Notes: generated by a model not told the origin, from the sequence alone. Shown: positions 40,275 through 50,402, counted from the stretch's first letter. The stretch is 64,000 nt of DNA from Bacteroidota bacterium (GCA_049973045.1 JBMFJZ010000001.1:120073-184072); one strand, 5' to 3'. Translations and numbers: made by a program.

Positions 40275-41372
40275 ATGGGCTTTAATTGCGGCATTATTGG
40301 GTTACCGAACGTTGGTAAATCGACGATTTTTAATGCGCTGACAGCCGCAGGCGCGAACGTGGCTAACTATCCGTTTTGTACGATAGAACCGAATTTTGGA
40401 ATTGTTCCTGTTCCTGATCCTCGACTCGATCGACTGGCAGCAATCTATAAACCTGATACGGTCGTACCAACGACGATAGAATTTGTTGATATTGCCGGAC
40501 TTGTAAAAGGTGCAAGCAAGGGAGAGGGCCTGGGCAATCAATTCTTGAGTCACATCCGCGAGGTCGATGCAGTTGCTCATGTTGTTCGGTGCTTTGAGGA
40601 CGAAAACGTTGTACATCCCACTGGAACAATTGATCCTGTCCGCGATATCGAGATTGTAGAGACCGAGCTCATCATAAAAGATCTTGAAACCGTGGAAAAG
40701 CGCATTGAACAGATGGCGAAGCGAGCAAAGAGCGGTGACAAGAAAGCAAAGGAGGATCATGAACTCTTCGTTCGTATGCGTGATCATCTCTCCTCCGGTC
40801 GGTTGGCGCGTTCAATGAATAGATCCCCTGAAGAAGCTCAGAGGCTGCGTGAGCTTCACCTGCTAACCGACAAACCGGTGATGTATGTTTGCAATGTAGG
40901 TGAAGATGATCTTACCCGCAAACCGGCTTCTGTCGAGTCGGTGGTGCGCTTTGCCGAGAGAGAAGGTGCACGTGTTGTTGTGGTCTCTGCAAAAATTGAA
41001 GCGGAAGTTGCTGAATTACCTCCGCAGGAGCGAAAGCTTTTCCTGGAAACACTCGGCGTCACTGAATCCGGGCTCGAACGGGTCGTGCGTGAGGGTTACG
41101 CTTTGCTCGACTTGATCACATTTTTTACCACTACGGGTAAGAAAGAGATTCACGCATGGACGGTGAAGCGTGGAAGCACAGCAATCCAGGCGGCTGGAGT
41201 TGTACATACAGACTTTGAACGTGGGTTCATCCGCGCGGAGATCATAAAATATGAAGACCTGATACGACTCGGTTCAGAGCAGGCGGTGAAAGACCATGGT
41301 CTTCTCCATATCCAGGGTCACGATTACAAAATGGAAGATGGAGACATCGCTCATTTTCGTTTCAATGTCTGA
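40275..41372 (+). CDS. ychF: Redox-regulated ATPase YchF
   Basis: GLPNVGKST, ANYPFCT, DIAGL, TGS domain, FRFNV end. Confidence 0.97.
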   Translation: MGFNCGIIGLPNVGKSTIFNALTAAGANVANYPFCTIEPNFGIVPVPDPRLDRLAAIYKPDTVVPTTIEFVDIAGLVKGASKGEGLGNQFLSHIREVDAVAHVVRCFEDENVVHPTGTIDPVRDIEIVETELIIKDLETVEKRIEQMAKRAKSGDKKAKEDHELFVRMRDHLSSGRLARSMNRSPEEAQRLRELHLLTDKPVMYVCNVGEDDLTRKPASVESVVRFAEREGARVVVVSAKIEAEVAELPPQERKLFLETLGVTESGLERVVREGYALLDLITFFTTTGKKEIHAWTVKRGSTAIQAAGVVHTDFERGFIRAEIIKYEDLIRLGSEQAVKDHGLLHIQGHDYKMEDGDIAHFRFNV

Positions 41373-41434
41373 AAAGAAATCACGTCTCCGTGTGAACCTT
41401 ACCAAGATGTATTTAAACTGTTAAATAAATCTCC

Positions 41435-42442
41435 ATGCGCACAATCACACTTATTCCCGGTGATGGCATTGGTCCTGAGATTGCTCAGGCAACACTACGT
41501 GTGATCGAAGCCACTGGAGCAAAGATAGAATGGGAAAAGGTGGAAGCAGGAATTGCTGCTGTTGAGAAGTACGGAGATCCACTCCCTCAACATGTGATTG
41601 ATTCCATCCGTCGCAATAAAGTTGCTTTGAAAGGACCGCTGACCACACCGGTTGGCGGCGGATTCCGCAGCGTCAATGTCGCTCTGCGTAAGGAATTCGA
41701 CCTCTATGTGAATCTTCGCCCCGTGCGATCGTTTGAGGGGGTTAATGCACGTTATACAAATGTCGATCTTGTTATTGTCAGGGAAAATACAGAGGAGTTC
41801 TATAGCGGCATTGAGCATTACATCGACGCAGCGAAAAGTGCTGCGGAAACTATTGGAGTTGTTACTCGAGTGGGGTCGGAACGGATCAGCCGCTACGCCT
41901 ATGAATATGCGAAAGCTCATGAGCGCAAGAAGGTTACGATTGTTCACAAGGCGAACATCCTGAAATACACCGGTGGACTTTTTCTCGAAGTTGCCCGTTC
42001 TGTTGCATCTGAATATACTGATATCAAGACGGAAGATAAAATTATTGACAATATGTGCTTGCAGTTGGTTATGGATCCATCACAGTTTGATGTTATCCTT
42101 ACCACTAATCTCTTTGGCGACATACTTTCTGATCTTGCTTCGGGATTGGTTGGAGGACTTGGACTTGCTCCGGGGGCAAACATTGGAAAGGAGGTTGCAA
42201 TATTTGAAGCCGTGCACGGGAGTGCACCCGATATTGCCGGTAAGAATATTGCCAACCCAACTGCTCTAATCCTTGCTTCAGCAATGATGTTAGCACATCT
42301 TGGCGAACAGCAAGCAGCGAACCGAATTCAACGAGCCGTCGCTGAGGTTCTAAAAGAAGGAACACACGTTACGCGTGATTTGAATCCCCGCTACCCGGTC
42401 AGCACTCTGGAAATGGCGGAGGCAATCGTAGAGAAGATGTGA
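41435..42442 (+). CDS. Isocitrate/isopropylmalate dehydrogenase family (NAD-IDH-like)
   Basis: GDGIGPE, KGPLTTP, SVNVALR, RENTE, HKAN, EAVHGSAPDIAG. Confidence 0.9.
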   Translation: MRTITLIPGDGIGPEIAQATLRVIEATGAKIEWEKVEAGIAAVEKYGDPLPQHVIDSIRRNKVALKGPLTTPVGGGFRSVNVALRKEFDLYVNLRPVRSFEGVNARYTNVDLVIVRENTEEFYSGIEHYIDAAKSAAETIGVVTRVGSERISRYAYEYAKAHERKKVTIVHKANILKYTGGLFLEVARSVASEYTDIKTEDKIIDNMCLQLVMDPSQFDVILTTNLFGDILSDLASGLVGGLGLAPGANIGKEVAIFEAVHGSAPDIAGKNIANPTALILASAMMLAHLGEQQAANRIQRAVAEVLKEGTHVTRDLNPRYPVSTLEMAEAIVEKM

Positions 42443-42653
42443 AGCGCATTCTTGCGCTGAAGTCACATGCAAGGCTTTCCCTTCTATGGAAAGCATTTCT
42501 GTGCATCTCCAAATGTGACTGGAATCCTTGGGCGAGTGCCCGGCTTCGTGTTTTTCCTCTTAGCTTGCAAGTTCTCAGCCAGCGGTATAGATTTGAAACA
42601 AAAGCCCAATCTTTGTCTGAGAAAGATAACATTGCAGCAAACAGTCCATTGCC

Positions 42654-43643
42654 ATGCAGCTCGGAACAATCCATATCGATCGTCCTGTTCTCCTTGCTCC
42701 AATGGAGGATGTAACTGACACTGCATTTCGCTTGATCTGCAGGCGGAACGGGGCAGACATCGTGTACACCGAATTCATAAATGCCGAAGGATTAGTGCGG
42801 GATTCTTCGAGCACTTTACGGAAGATCGTGATTTTGGAAGAAGAACGCCCAATTGGTATTCAGCTGTATGGAGCAGAAATTTCGTCAATGGTACGGGCGG
42901 CTCAAATTGCCGAGGAGGCACAGCCCGAACTTATTGATATTAATGCAGGATGTTGGGTAAAGGATGTGGCTCTTCGTGGCGCTGGAGCGGGGCTACTTAG
43001 AGAACCGGAAAAATTGGAAGGGCTTGTGCGGGCTGTCGTTCGAAGCGTGCAACTTCCAGTCACTGTGAAGGCGCGCCTCGGCTGGGATCGTTCATCAATC
43101 AATATAGTTGACGTTGCAAAGCGCGTTGAAAATGCGGGAGCATCAGCACTTACTGTTCACTGCCGTACCCGTGCCCAAGGGCATCGAGGAGAAGCTGACT
43201 ATTCGTGGATACCTGAAGTTAAGCGTGCAGTTCGTATTCCTGTGATTGTAAATGGTGATATTCGGACCCCACAGGATGCAAAAAATGTATTTGACCAAAC
43301 CGGTTGCGATGGGATTATGATTGGACGAGGTGCAATTGGTAATCCATGGATTTTTGATCAGGCGAAGTATTACTTACAGACCAATAAAATCCTCCCTTCT
43401 CCGATGCTTTCGGAGCGTATTGAGTTGCTCATTGAGCATCTTCAATTATCTGTTGCGCTGAATGGGGAACGGCTCGGCGTCATAAAGATGCGGAAACATC
43501 TGAGTGGGTATCTCCACGGACTCCCAAATGTCGCACATTTGCGTGCTCAGTTGATGATGACCTCAGAAGCCCAGCCCTTCGTTGAGAGACTTCATGAATT
43601 TCGTGAGAAGTCTCTCATGGCGACGGACCTGACAGCGCCGTAA
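42654..43643 (+). CDS. dusB: tRNA-dihydrouridine synthase B
   Basis: LAPME, DINAGC, TVKARLG, HCRT, NGDI, MIGRG. Confidence 0.92.
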   Translation: MQLGTIHIDRPVLLAPMEDVTDTAFRLICRRNGADIVYTEFINAEGLVRDSSSTLRKIVILEEERPIGIQLYGAEISSMVRAAQIAEEAQPELIDINAGCWVKDVALRGAGAGLLREPEKLEGLVRAVVRSVQLPVTVKARLGWDRSSINIVDVAKRVENAGASALTVHCRTRAQGHRGEADYSWIPEVKRAVRIPVIVNGDIRTPQDAKNVFDQTGCDGIMIGRGAIGNPWIFDQAKYYLQTNKILPSPMLSERIELLIEHLQLSVALNGERLGVIKMRKHLSGYLHGLPNVAHLRAQLMMTSEAQPFVERLHEFREKSLMATDLTAP

Positions 43644-43646
43644 AGG

Positions 43647-43844
43647 AGGCTCATCCGTGTAACAATACTGGAACGAACCTTTTTGGCTGTAAGCTTGCAC
43701 CGAAGACCGCCACCAGGAGCGGACCTTCCTTTAGTTAATCATCCAGCTAAGCGGAGATAAGCCCATAGCTTACTTGTTTCTCTCATACCCTTTCAGTAAT
43801 TTCGCAGGTAAGAGGTGCCTGTTGCTCGGAAATGGCATGAGCCT
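43647..43844. ncRNA. Candidate ~200-nt structured RNA (6S-like size, unconfirmed)
   Basis: Nested complementary segments fill the dusB-polX gap; see findings. Confidence 0.3.
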
Positions 43845-43864
43845 TTATAGCAGGGAGAGTACTT

Positions 43865-45595
43865 ATGGATAAGAAAGAAGTAGCGCAAGTTCTCGAAGAG
43901 ATTGGAACACTCCTTGAGCTTCACAACGAAAATCCTTTCAAAGTTCGCGCGTACCACAACGCTTCCCGAATCATCGGTGGGCTTACTGAAAGCCTCGATC
44001 ATCTTGTTGAGACGGGCGAACTCCGATCGATAAAAGGAATTGGTGAGGGACTTGCTGAGAAAATCACTGAGCTGGTGAAGACCGGCCATCTTAAGTATTA
44101 TGAAGATTTGAAGAAATCATTGCCACCGGGATTAGTAGAAATGCTTGCAATTCCTGGCCTCGGTCCGAAGCGCATCAAAATCCTTTATGATAAACTCGGG
44201 ATTAGTACAATTGGGGAACTTGAATACGCCTGTCATGAGAATCGCCTTCTTGATCTCGAAGGCTTTGGATTAAAAACTCAGGAGAACATTCTAAAAGGAA
44301 TTGAGCAAGTTCGGCGGCACAGTGAAAAGCACCTTTACCCAACTGCGCTGGAGGCTGCTGAGCGTGTGCATGACAGCTTAGCAACAGTTAAAGGGGTGAT
44401 TCGCTCAAGCATTGCGGGAAGTCTGAGACGGAAAAAAGAGATCATCGGTGATATCGATATTTTGGTCAGTGCTGAGCCGAAGTTTGTTGATAAGATTATG
44501 AGTTCCTTTACTTCCCATGAAGATGTGGATCGAATCATTGCCAAAGGTGAAACAAAATCGAGTGTTCTTCTTAAGAGCGGAATCAATGCAGACCTTCGTG
44601 TAATCTCCGATAAGGAATTCCCATACGCGCTTCACTACTTTACTGGAAGCAAAGACCATAACATTGCGATGCGGACCCTTGCAAAGAAAGCTGATATCAA
44701 GATGAATGAGTATGGACTTTTCAAAGGTCCATCCGAGAAATTTATTGCATGCAGGGATGAGGAGGAAATTTTTGCAACATTTGGAATGTCGTACATACCG
44801 CCGGAACTTCGCGAGGACATGGGAGAGATTGAGGCGGCGAAGGCAGGAAAGCTACCGGTGCTCCTTGAAGAGAGCGATCTCCGTGGAACATTCCACTGTC
44901 ATACGAAGTACAGTGACGGTGTCAATACAATTGAGGAGCTGGTGAAAGCAGCGAAAGAACTTGGATGGGAATACCTTGGCATTGCTGATCATAGCAAGTC
45001 CGCTGCATATGCCAATGGACTTGATGAGGTGAGAGTGAAAACACAGTGGAAAGAGATTGACCAACTTAATGCTAAGCTGAACGGGTTTCGCATTTTCAAA
45101 GGGACAGAAGCAGATATTCTCCCGGATGGGACGCTCGATTTCTCAGACAAAATTCTATCAGGCTTTGATTATGTTGTAGTCTCCGTCCATAGCAAATTCA
45201 AGATGACCGAACAGGAGATGACGAAACGAATCATCAAAGCGTTGAAAAATAAATACACAACCATGATCGGTCATCTCACAGGTCGTCTTCTTCTCTCCCG
45301 CGAAGGGTACCCTGTCGATGTGGAGGCGGTGATCAATGCCGCTGCCGACTACGGGAAGATGATTGAGATCAATGCTCATCCGCTTCGTCTCGATCTGGAT
45401 TGGCGGTGGTGCAAGTACGCAAAGGAGAAGGGTGTACTCATCCCTATTAACCCGGATGCGCATAATGCTGAGGGTTTGCGGGATACGTTCTACGGAGTTG
45501 GCGTGGCGCGGAAAGGCTGGCTTGAGAAGAAAGATGTTGTGAATACGTATAATACTTCTGAAGTGGAGAAACTCTTTGAAAGAACTCGTGCATGA
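43865..45595 (+). CDS. polX: DNA polymerase/3'-5' exonuclease PolX (PolX-PHP)
   Basis: ENPFKVRAY, GSLRR, GDIDIL, FTGSK, PHP HCH/DHS/DAH. Confidence 0.96.
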   Translation: MDKKEVAQVLEEIGTLLELHNENPFKVRAYHNASRIIGGLTESLDHLVETGELRSIKGIGEGLAEKITELVKTGHLKYYEDLKKSLPPGLVEMLAIPGLGPKRIKILYDKLGISTIGELEYACHENRLLDLEGFGLKTQENILKGIEQVRRHSEKHLYPTALEAAERVHDSLATVKGVIRSSIAGSLRRKKEIIGDIDILVSAEPKFVDKIMSSFTSHEDVDRIIAKGETKSSVLLKSGINADLRVISDKEFPYALHYFTGSKDHNIAMRTLAKKADIKMNEYGLFKGPSEKFIACRDEEEIFATFGMSYIPPELREDMGEIEAAKAGKLPVLLEESDLRGTFHCHTKYSDGVNTIEELVKAAKELGWEYLGIADHSKSAAYANGLDEVRVKTQWKEIDQLNAKLNGFRIFKGTEADILPDGTLDFSDKILSGFDYVVVSVHSKFKMTEQEMTKRIIKALKNKYTTMIGHLTGRLLLSREGYPVDVEAVINAAADYGKMIEINAHPLRLDLDWRWCKYAKEKGVLIPINPDAHNAEGLRDTFYGVGVARKGWLEKKDVVNTYNTSEVEKLFERTRA

Positions 45596-45635
45596 GAGCG
45601 GTGAGACTGTAAACCTGCTGTACTGCCCGGGGAAA

Positions 45636-45669
45636 GGGTCGCCATGTGGCTACCATGGCGCTTTGACCC
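45636..45669. terminator. Hairpin between polX and the R-M cassette (terminator or degenerate REP)
   Basis: GGGTCGCCATG-TGGCTAC-CATGGCG(CTTT)GACCC. Confidence 0.4.
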
Positions 45670-45753
45670 AAAAATTTCTTTGTCCCCAAGCGGTAAGGCG
45701 CATATCTGTATCAGACTTGTACGCTGGGATACCAGAAAATTGAGGAAGAAAAA

Positions 45754-46386
45754 ATGTCCAGCCGGCTAATAGAAATATTTGAAGATCAAGAGTTGGTGGA
45801 AAAAATCAAAAGCCGTTTGCCCTACATGTTCCAGCTCGCAGAGATCGAGAGTTCAAGAGCAGGAAAGACAGGGATGGAGGTCGGCTCTGTTCGAGAAAGA
45901 ATAATCGTCGCTCTGCTTATTTATAAATTTGGCGAGGCAAGTGTAGAAACTGAGATTCCCATCACTGAGCCTGAAGTAGACGCGAAATTGTTTGGGGACC
46001 CCTTGTCCATTAAGACAATTACAGGTAAAGACTTCGGCGGAGTAAAACTTATATGGACTGTTGACGCTCAAAAAGCAAGGGAATTTCGTGGAACTTATAC
46101 TCCTCACTATGATATGTTGCTTGTTCAGATCAACTGGGACGACATTGGAGGATTCTATTACATCCCATCAGAGGTTCAGAGAAGACTTTTTACTAAGATA
46201 GGTAGGCGAAACTATATCAAGCTTCCGAAACCTGGCACAAATCCGCGAGGCGTTGAAATTACGAAGGAAGCATTGTCAAATTTGATTCAAGATGCCGAAT
46301 GCAAACATATCATAATAAACTGGCAGAGAACGAAAATAGAGTTTAATCCCTATAAGAGATGGGTTGATCTCTGGAGAGAGAGCTAA
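45754..46386 (+). CDS. Type II restriction endonuclease, ThaI family
   Basis: GMEVGSVRE, EPEVD...SIKT PD-(D/E)xK-like core, GTNPRG; 210 aa; next to an MTase. Confidence 0.75.
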   Translation: MSSRLIEIFEDQELVEKIKSRLPYMFQLAEIESSRAGKTGMEVGSVRERIIVALLIYKFGEASVETEIPITEPEVDAKLFGDPLSIKTITGKDFGGVKLIWTVDAQKAREFRGTYTPHYDMLLVQINWDDIGGFYYIPSEVQRRLFTKIGRRNYIKLPKPGTNPRGVEITKEALSNLIQDAECKHIIINWQRTKIEFNPYKRWVDLWRES

Positions 46387-46685
46387 GATGGAATTTAATC
46401 CGAGGGAAACGGACACCAAAATTCAAGAAATAACCAAGGGATTAGCTAAATGCCGTACTTTTCAGGAAAGCTGAAACAGGGCCTGGGTTTGGAAGCTGTC
46501 TTTGAGAGTCAGAGCCGAGTTGAGGACAGAGTGGCACAAGTTAAAGAAGCGCACGATTCGACCGGTCTGCACATCTGTTTAGTCACGCACATGCCGATAG
46601 CCGAGGCCGGCGAGAAAGGGCCTCGGGAGCTCCGCGTCAAAGCTAAGAACGGATTAGCAGTTCTTTTCCTTCAGAGAGGCTACGA

Positions 46686-47618
46686 ATGAGAAACTATCAA
46701 AGAAGAGCGGGCACCAAAACAAGTGCCTTTGGTTCCCCCGGAAGGATCAATCATGATTCCACCCCCTTCTACACCAGTAGGTTGTACGAGGGGTTACCTA
46801 AGGAAGAGGTAGTCAAGTATGTAGAAAATCCGATTCCATCTGAGTTCTTGGACAAAATATTCTGCAAAACAAGTGAAAGAATGCAGGAATTACCGGATAA
46901 TAGCATTCATTTGATGGTTACTTCTCCGCCATACAATGTCGGGAAGGAATACGACGAGAATCTCACTCTAGATGAGTACAGGGAATTTTTAAGGAGGGTA
47001 TGGAGCGAAGTCAAGAGAGTTCTTGTACCCGGCGGAAGGGCCTGTATCAACATTGCTAATCTTGGAAGAAAGCCATACATCCCTCTCCATGCCTTTATCG
47101 TAGAGGACATGCTCGATTTAGGATTTTTGATGCGAGGCGAAATTATATGGAATAAAGCTTCAAGTGGCAGTCCTTCAACAGCGTGGGGTAGTTGGCTTTC
47201 TGCTAAAAATCCAACATTGAGAGACATCCATGAATATATTTTGGTCTTCTCTAAAGGCATGTTTACACGAGAAAACCCGAAGAGAAAAAGCACCATTTCT
47301 AAGGAAGAATTTCTCGAGTTTACAAAAAGCGTTTGGACATTTGCTGCAGAGCCCGCAACAAAAGTTGGACATCCTGCGCCATTTCCTGTTGAATTGCCGT
47401 ACAGACTTATTCAACTCTACACTTTTGAGGGCGAGGTTGTTTTGGATCCGTTTATAGGTAGTGGACAGGCCGCGATTGCCGCAGTAAAAACGGGCCGCCG
47501 TTATGTAGGATATGAAATAAACAAGGGATATGTGAAGTTGGCCGAAAAGCGAATTAAAGAATTCTCTTTAGAGTTTAATTCTCCCAAGTTGTTTGAATTC
47601 GAAAAGCAAAAAGGATGA
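46686..47618 (+). CDS. Beta-class DNA methyltransferase (probably N4-cytosine)
   Basis: VTSPPYN precedes HPAPFP and VLDPFIGSG. Confidence 0.93.
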   Translation: MRNYQRRAGTKTSAFGSPGRINHDSTPFYTSRLYEGLPKEEVVKYVENPIPSEFLDKIFCKTSERMQELPDNSIHLMVTSPPYNVGKEYDENLTLDEYREFLRRVWSEVKRVLVPGGRACINIANLGRKPYIPLHAFIVEDMLDLGFLMRGEIIWNKASSGSPSTAWGSWLSAKNPTLRDIHEYILVFSKGMFTRENPKRKSTISKEEFLEFTKSVWTFAAEPATKVGHPAPFPVELPYRLIQLYTFEGEVVLDPFIGSGQAAIAAVKTGRRYVGYEINKGYVKLAEKRIKEFSLEFNSPKLFEFEKQKG

Positions 47619-47767
47619 TAGAAATGGCGAGCGAAGCCGCGTAAAGCATACGGAACCACGTACACCCAGCTTACCTTTTAAGCGAGCGAGGTCTACATGA
47701 ATATTCACTGTGCGGCGTGCTTCCAACGGCAGATCGCTCCTGACTTAATAAGAGATGAACCATAGAG

Positions 47768-48445
47768 ATGTCTCCAACTTCTAAAACAAAGAGGAAGCAG
47801 AAGGAAACGAAGGACGACCTCTCAGCCCGAATGGATGAAATTCTGAAGCGCTTGCAAAAGATTTACCCACATCCGAAGATAGCTCTTAATTTTACCAATC
47901 CGTTGGAACTCCTCGTAGCAACTATACTCTCTGCTCAATGCACAGACGAGCGGGTGAATGCTGTTACGCCAGAGCTTTTTAGGAAATATCGTAGCGCGAA
48001 AGACTACGCCACAGCAGATTTAGCAGAACTTGAACAGGAGATTAAATCCACTGGCTTCTACCGCAATAAGGCGAAGTCAATTATTGCAGCATGCAAGGTT
48101 ATCGTCGAAAAGTTTCATGGAGAAATTCCTCAATCACTTGATGAGCTTGTCCAACTTCCGGGCGTTGGTAGAAAGACAGCAAATGTTTTGCTGGGAAATG
48201 CCTACGGAATTGCTTCTGGAATAGTTGTTGATACACATGTTCGAAGGGTCGCGGATCGGTTAGGATTATCATCTGAAACAGACCCAGATAAAATTGAGCA
48301 GGATCTGATGGAGCTTGTGCCGAAGCGGAAGTGGATTGATTTCGGGAATCAGTTGATCTGGCATGGGCGACTAGTCTGTCAAGCGCGCAGCCCTAAGTGC
48401 GGCGAGTGCGTGCTCAATGATCTCTGCCCATCTTCGACCGCCTGA
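47768..48445 (+). CDS. nth: Endonuclease III
   Basis: LSAQCTD, LPGVGRKTAN, VDTHV, C-x6-C-x2-C-x5-C. Confidence 0.97.
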   Translation: MSPTSKTKRKQKETKDDLSARMDEILKRLQKIYPHPKIALNFTNPLELLVATILSAQCTDERVNAVTPELFRKYRSAKDYATADLAELEQEIKSTGFYRNKAKSIIAACKVIVEKFHGEIPQSLDELVQLPGVGRKTANVLLGNAYGIASGIVVDTHVRRVADRLGLSSETDPDKIEQDLMELVPKRKWIDFGNQLIWHGRLVCQARSPKCGECVLNDLCPSSTA

Positions 48446-48513
48446 AAGGCGATAACGGAACTATGGTAATCGACGTGTTGTTTTGATAGGAGCATCAGAC
48501 ATATGGAGGGGTT

Positions 48514-49485
48514 ATGGACAGCCATGACAAGATATCCCGCCGTAAGTTCGTTCGAGCGGTAATTGGGGGCGCCGCCGCTGCCAGCATCGCAGGCAAACTG
48601 GAACCTTTGGAGACAATTACCAAAGCGCTTGTTGAGAAGCCCACTATGCCGAAGCGCCCGCTGGGCAAAACTGGCTACTCCGTGTGCATCTTCAGTCTCG
48701 GTGGACAGGCAACGTTGGAACAGGATGGACGCCGCGATGAAGCTATTGCTATTATCAATCGTGCCATCGATCTTGGAGTAAATTACATTGACACTGCAGC
48801 AGCATATGGCGGGGGAGTCAGCGAGAGCTACATTGGGGAGGTAATGAAGACGCGTCGCAAAGAGGTCTTCCTCGCTTCAAAAACCCATGATCGAAGCTAT
48901 GACGGTTCTATGCGTCTGCTCGAACGCTCGTTGAAGCATCTCCAAACAGACCACCTTGATCTGTGGCAGCTCCATAATGTGCGTACCCGGGATGATCTTG
49001 ATCGAATATTTGCAAAGGATGGAGCAATCCATGCTCTGGAAAAAGCGAGGGAGGAGAAAATAGTTCGGTTCCTCGGTATTACAGGCCATCGTGATCCTTT
49101 CATACTCCGTAAGGGCATCGAGCACTATCCATTCGATACAATACTCATGGCGCTTAACGCTGCCGACAGGCACCATGCATCCTTCATTGAGCACCTTCTC
49201 CCAGTCGCTGTTGAAAAGCATATGGGCATCATTGGGATGAAAATTCCCGCTCGCGGTCGAATCTTTCGCAAAGGGGGTATTACAACAATGGAGCAAGCCA
49301 TGCGGTATGTGTTGACGTTCCCTGTAAGCACAATTATTATCGGAATTTCAACTATCAACGAGCTTGAGGAGAACGTACGAATTGCGCGTGAGTTCAAACC
49401 ATACACTAAGGAGCAGTTGGCAAAAATTGAGCAACTGACCAAACCTTACTACTCAGAAGCAAGCTGGTTTAAAGCCGATTGGTAG
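48514..49485 (+). CDS. Aldo/keto reductase with twin-arginine-like leader
   Basis: SRRKFV leader; DTAAAY, ASK, DLWQLH, GITGH. Confidence 0.88.
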   Translation: MDSHDKISRRKFVRAVIGGAAAASIAGKLEPLETITKALVEKPTMPKRPLGKTGYSVCIFSLGGQATLEQDGRRDEAIAIINRAIDLGVNYIDTAAAYGGGVSESYIGEVMKTRRKEVFLASKTHDRSYDGSMRLLERSLKHLQTDHLDLWQLHNVRTRDDLDRIFAKDGAIHALEKAREEKIVRFLGITGHRDPFILRKGIEHYPFDTILMALNAADRHHASFIEHLLPVAVEKHMGIIGMKIPARGRIFRKGGITTMEQAMRYVLTFPVSTIIIGISTINELEENVRIAREFKPYTKEQLAKIEQLTKPYYSEASWFKADW

Positions 49486-49531
49486 ATGGGAGTTGTGTAT
49501 ATTGCTGAGCTCTAAAGTGACACTCAGAGTT

Positions 49532-50398
49532 TCAGAAGCGCATGTTTAGTGTGAGAGAAATTTCTTTCGATGACGGGTAGAGTGTTAGTGTGACCTTCTG
49601 TTGTTTCTCCGCGAAGTAAATTGCTTCTCCAACAGCAAAGAGATGAGCGACCCCAGCAACCAGAAGGTACGTCGTCTCAGGGGTCCCATGGTGTACGAGG
49701 CTGCCGCTTTGGGACCCCGTTAGGTGCAGCGCAAGGCTTGTTGCCCAGATACCAAAAATTATTCCACCGTGCACATACTCTCCGTTGTACACCTGCCCCA
49801 TGCCGGGAAGAAGAAGGGAAAGAAACCCCGCAGCAAATGGGTCGCTCAGTCTATGTGCCTCCAAAGGTTTGTTGAGTGATGAAGCAAGTTCAGGAGATTT
49901 TTCTTCGGATAAATTCTGCACCGAGGCAAGATCCTGTAGCGCAATGGGGATATTCCCTGTTTGTGTACGAATTACCACGGATCGTTGGTCATATTCAATG
50001 ACGGTTCCTTCGATTGTATCACCGCTTTTCAGAATGAATTGATGCTGCGAGCCGACCTTAAAGAGGGTGTCAGGGAAGGCTCCTTTTTTGAATTTGAAGA
50101 TCGCTGTGGCGCCACTGTTCGGGATGCGCCACTCCGACGTTGAGATATACTTGAATGTTAGATCGATGTGTCGACCTGCGGAATCGGCTGAGATTTTTTC
50201 AACGGCAGTGACTGGAATTGCAAGAGCTTTGGCATCGGGGTATTTACTGGGACGTTCGAGACGGAGAAGCGTATCGATGCGCTCGACCGACTCACCAGTT
50301 AGCAGGTGGCCATTCTTCAGACGGATGGTAACTTGTGCGATCACGTTGCTCTCAAGGAAAGAGAGGAAGAGAACCAATAAGAAAGCGGAGCGTTTCAT
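49532..50398 (-). CDS. Hypothetical exported protein with two small beta domains and a TM2/DUF5683-like C-terminus
   Basis: Signal peptide; LKNG and LKSG repeats; LSLLLPGMGQVYNG; terminal Phe. Confidence 0.65.
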   Translation of the reverse strand: MKRSAFLLVLFLSFLESNVIAQVTIRLKNGHLLTGESVERIDTLLRLERPSKYPDAKALAIPVTAVEKISADSAGRHIDLTFKYISTSEWRIPNSGATAIFKFKKGAFPDTLFKVGSQHQFILKSGDTIEGTVIEYDQRSVVIRTQTGNIPIALQDLASVQNLSEEKSPELASSLNKPLEAHRLSDPFAAGFLSLLLPGMGQVYNGEYVHGGIIFGIWATSLALHLTGSQSGSLVHHGTPETTYLLVAGVAHLFAVGEAIYFAEKQQKVTLTLYPSSKEISLTLNMRF

Positions 50399-50402
50399 AG
50401 CG

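Noticed and set aside
43660-43820. Glycine riboswitch (CACCGAAG and CAGGTA fragments)
   Set aside because: GGAGA and CUCUCAGG elements are not in the right order or form, and the downstream gene is polX.
43865-45595. Catalytically dead non-canonical PolX
   Set aside because: GDID and the PHP metal ligands appear intact.
47619-47767. Integron attC site (GCGAGCGAAGC-like sequence) after the MTase
   Set aside because: No paired RYYYAAC/GTTRRRY ends, no repeated cassettes, no intI in the window.
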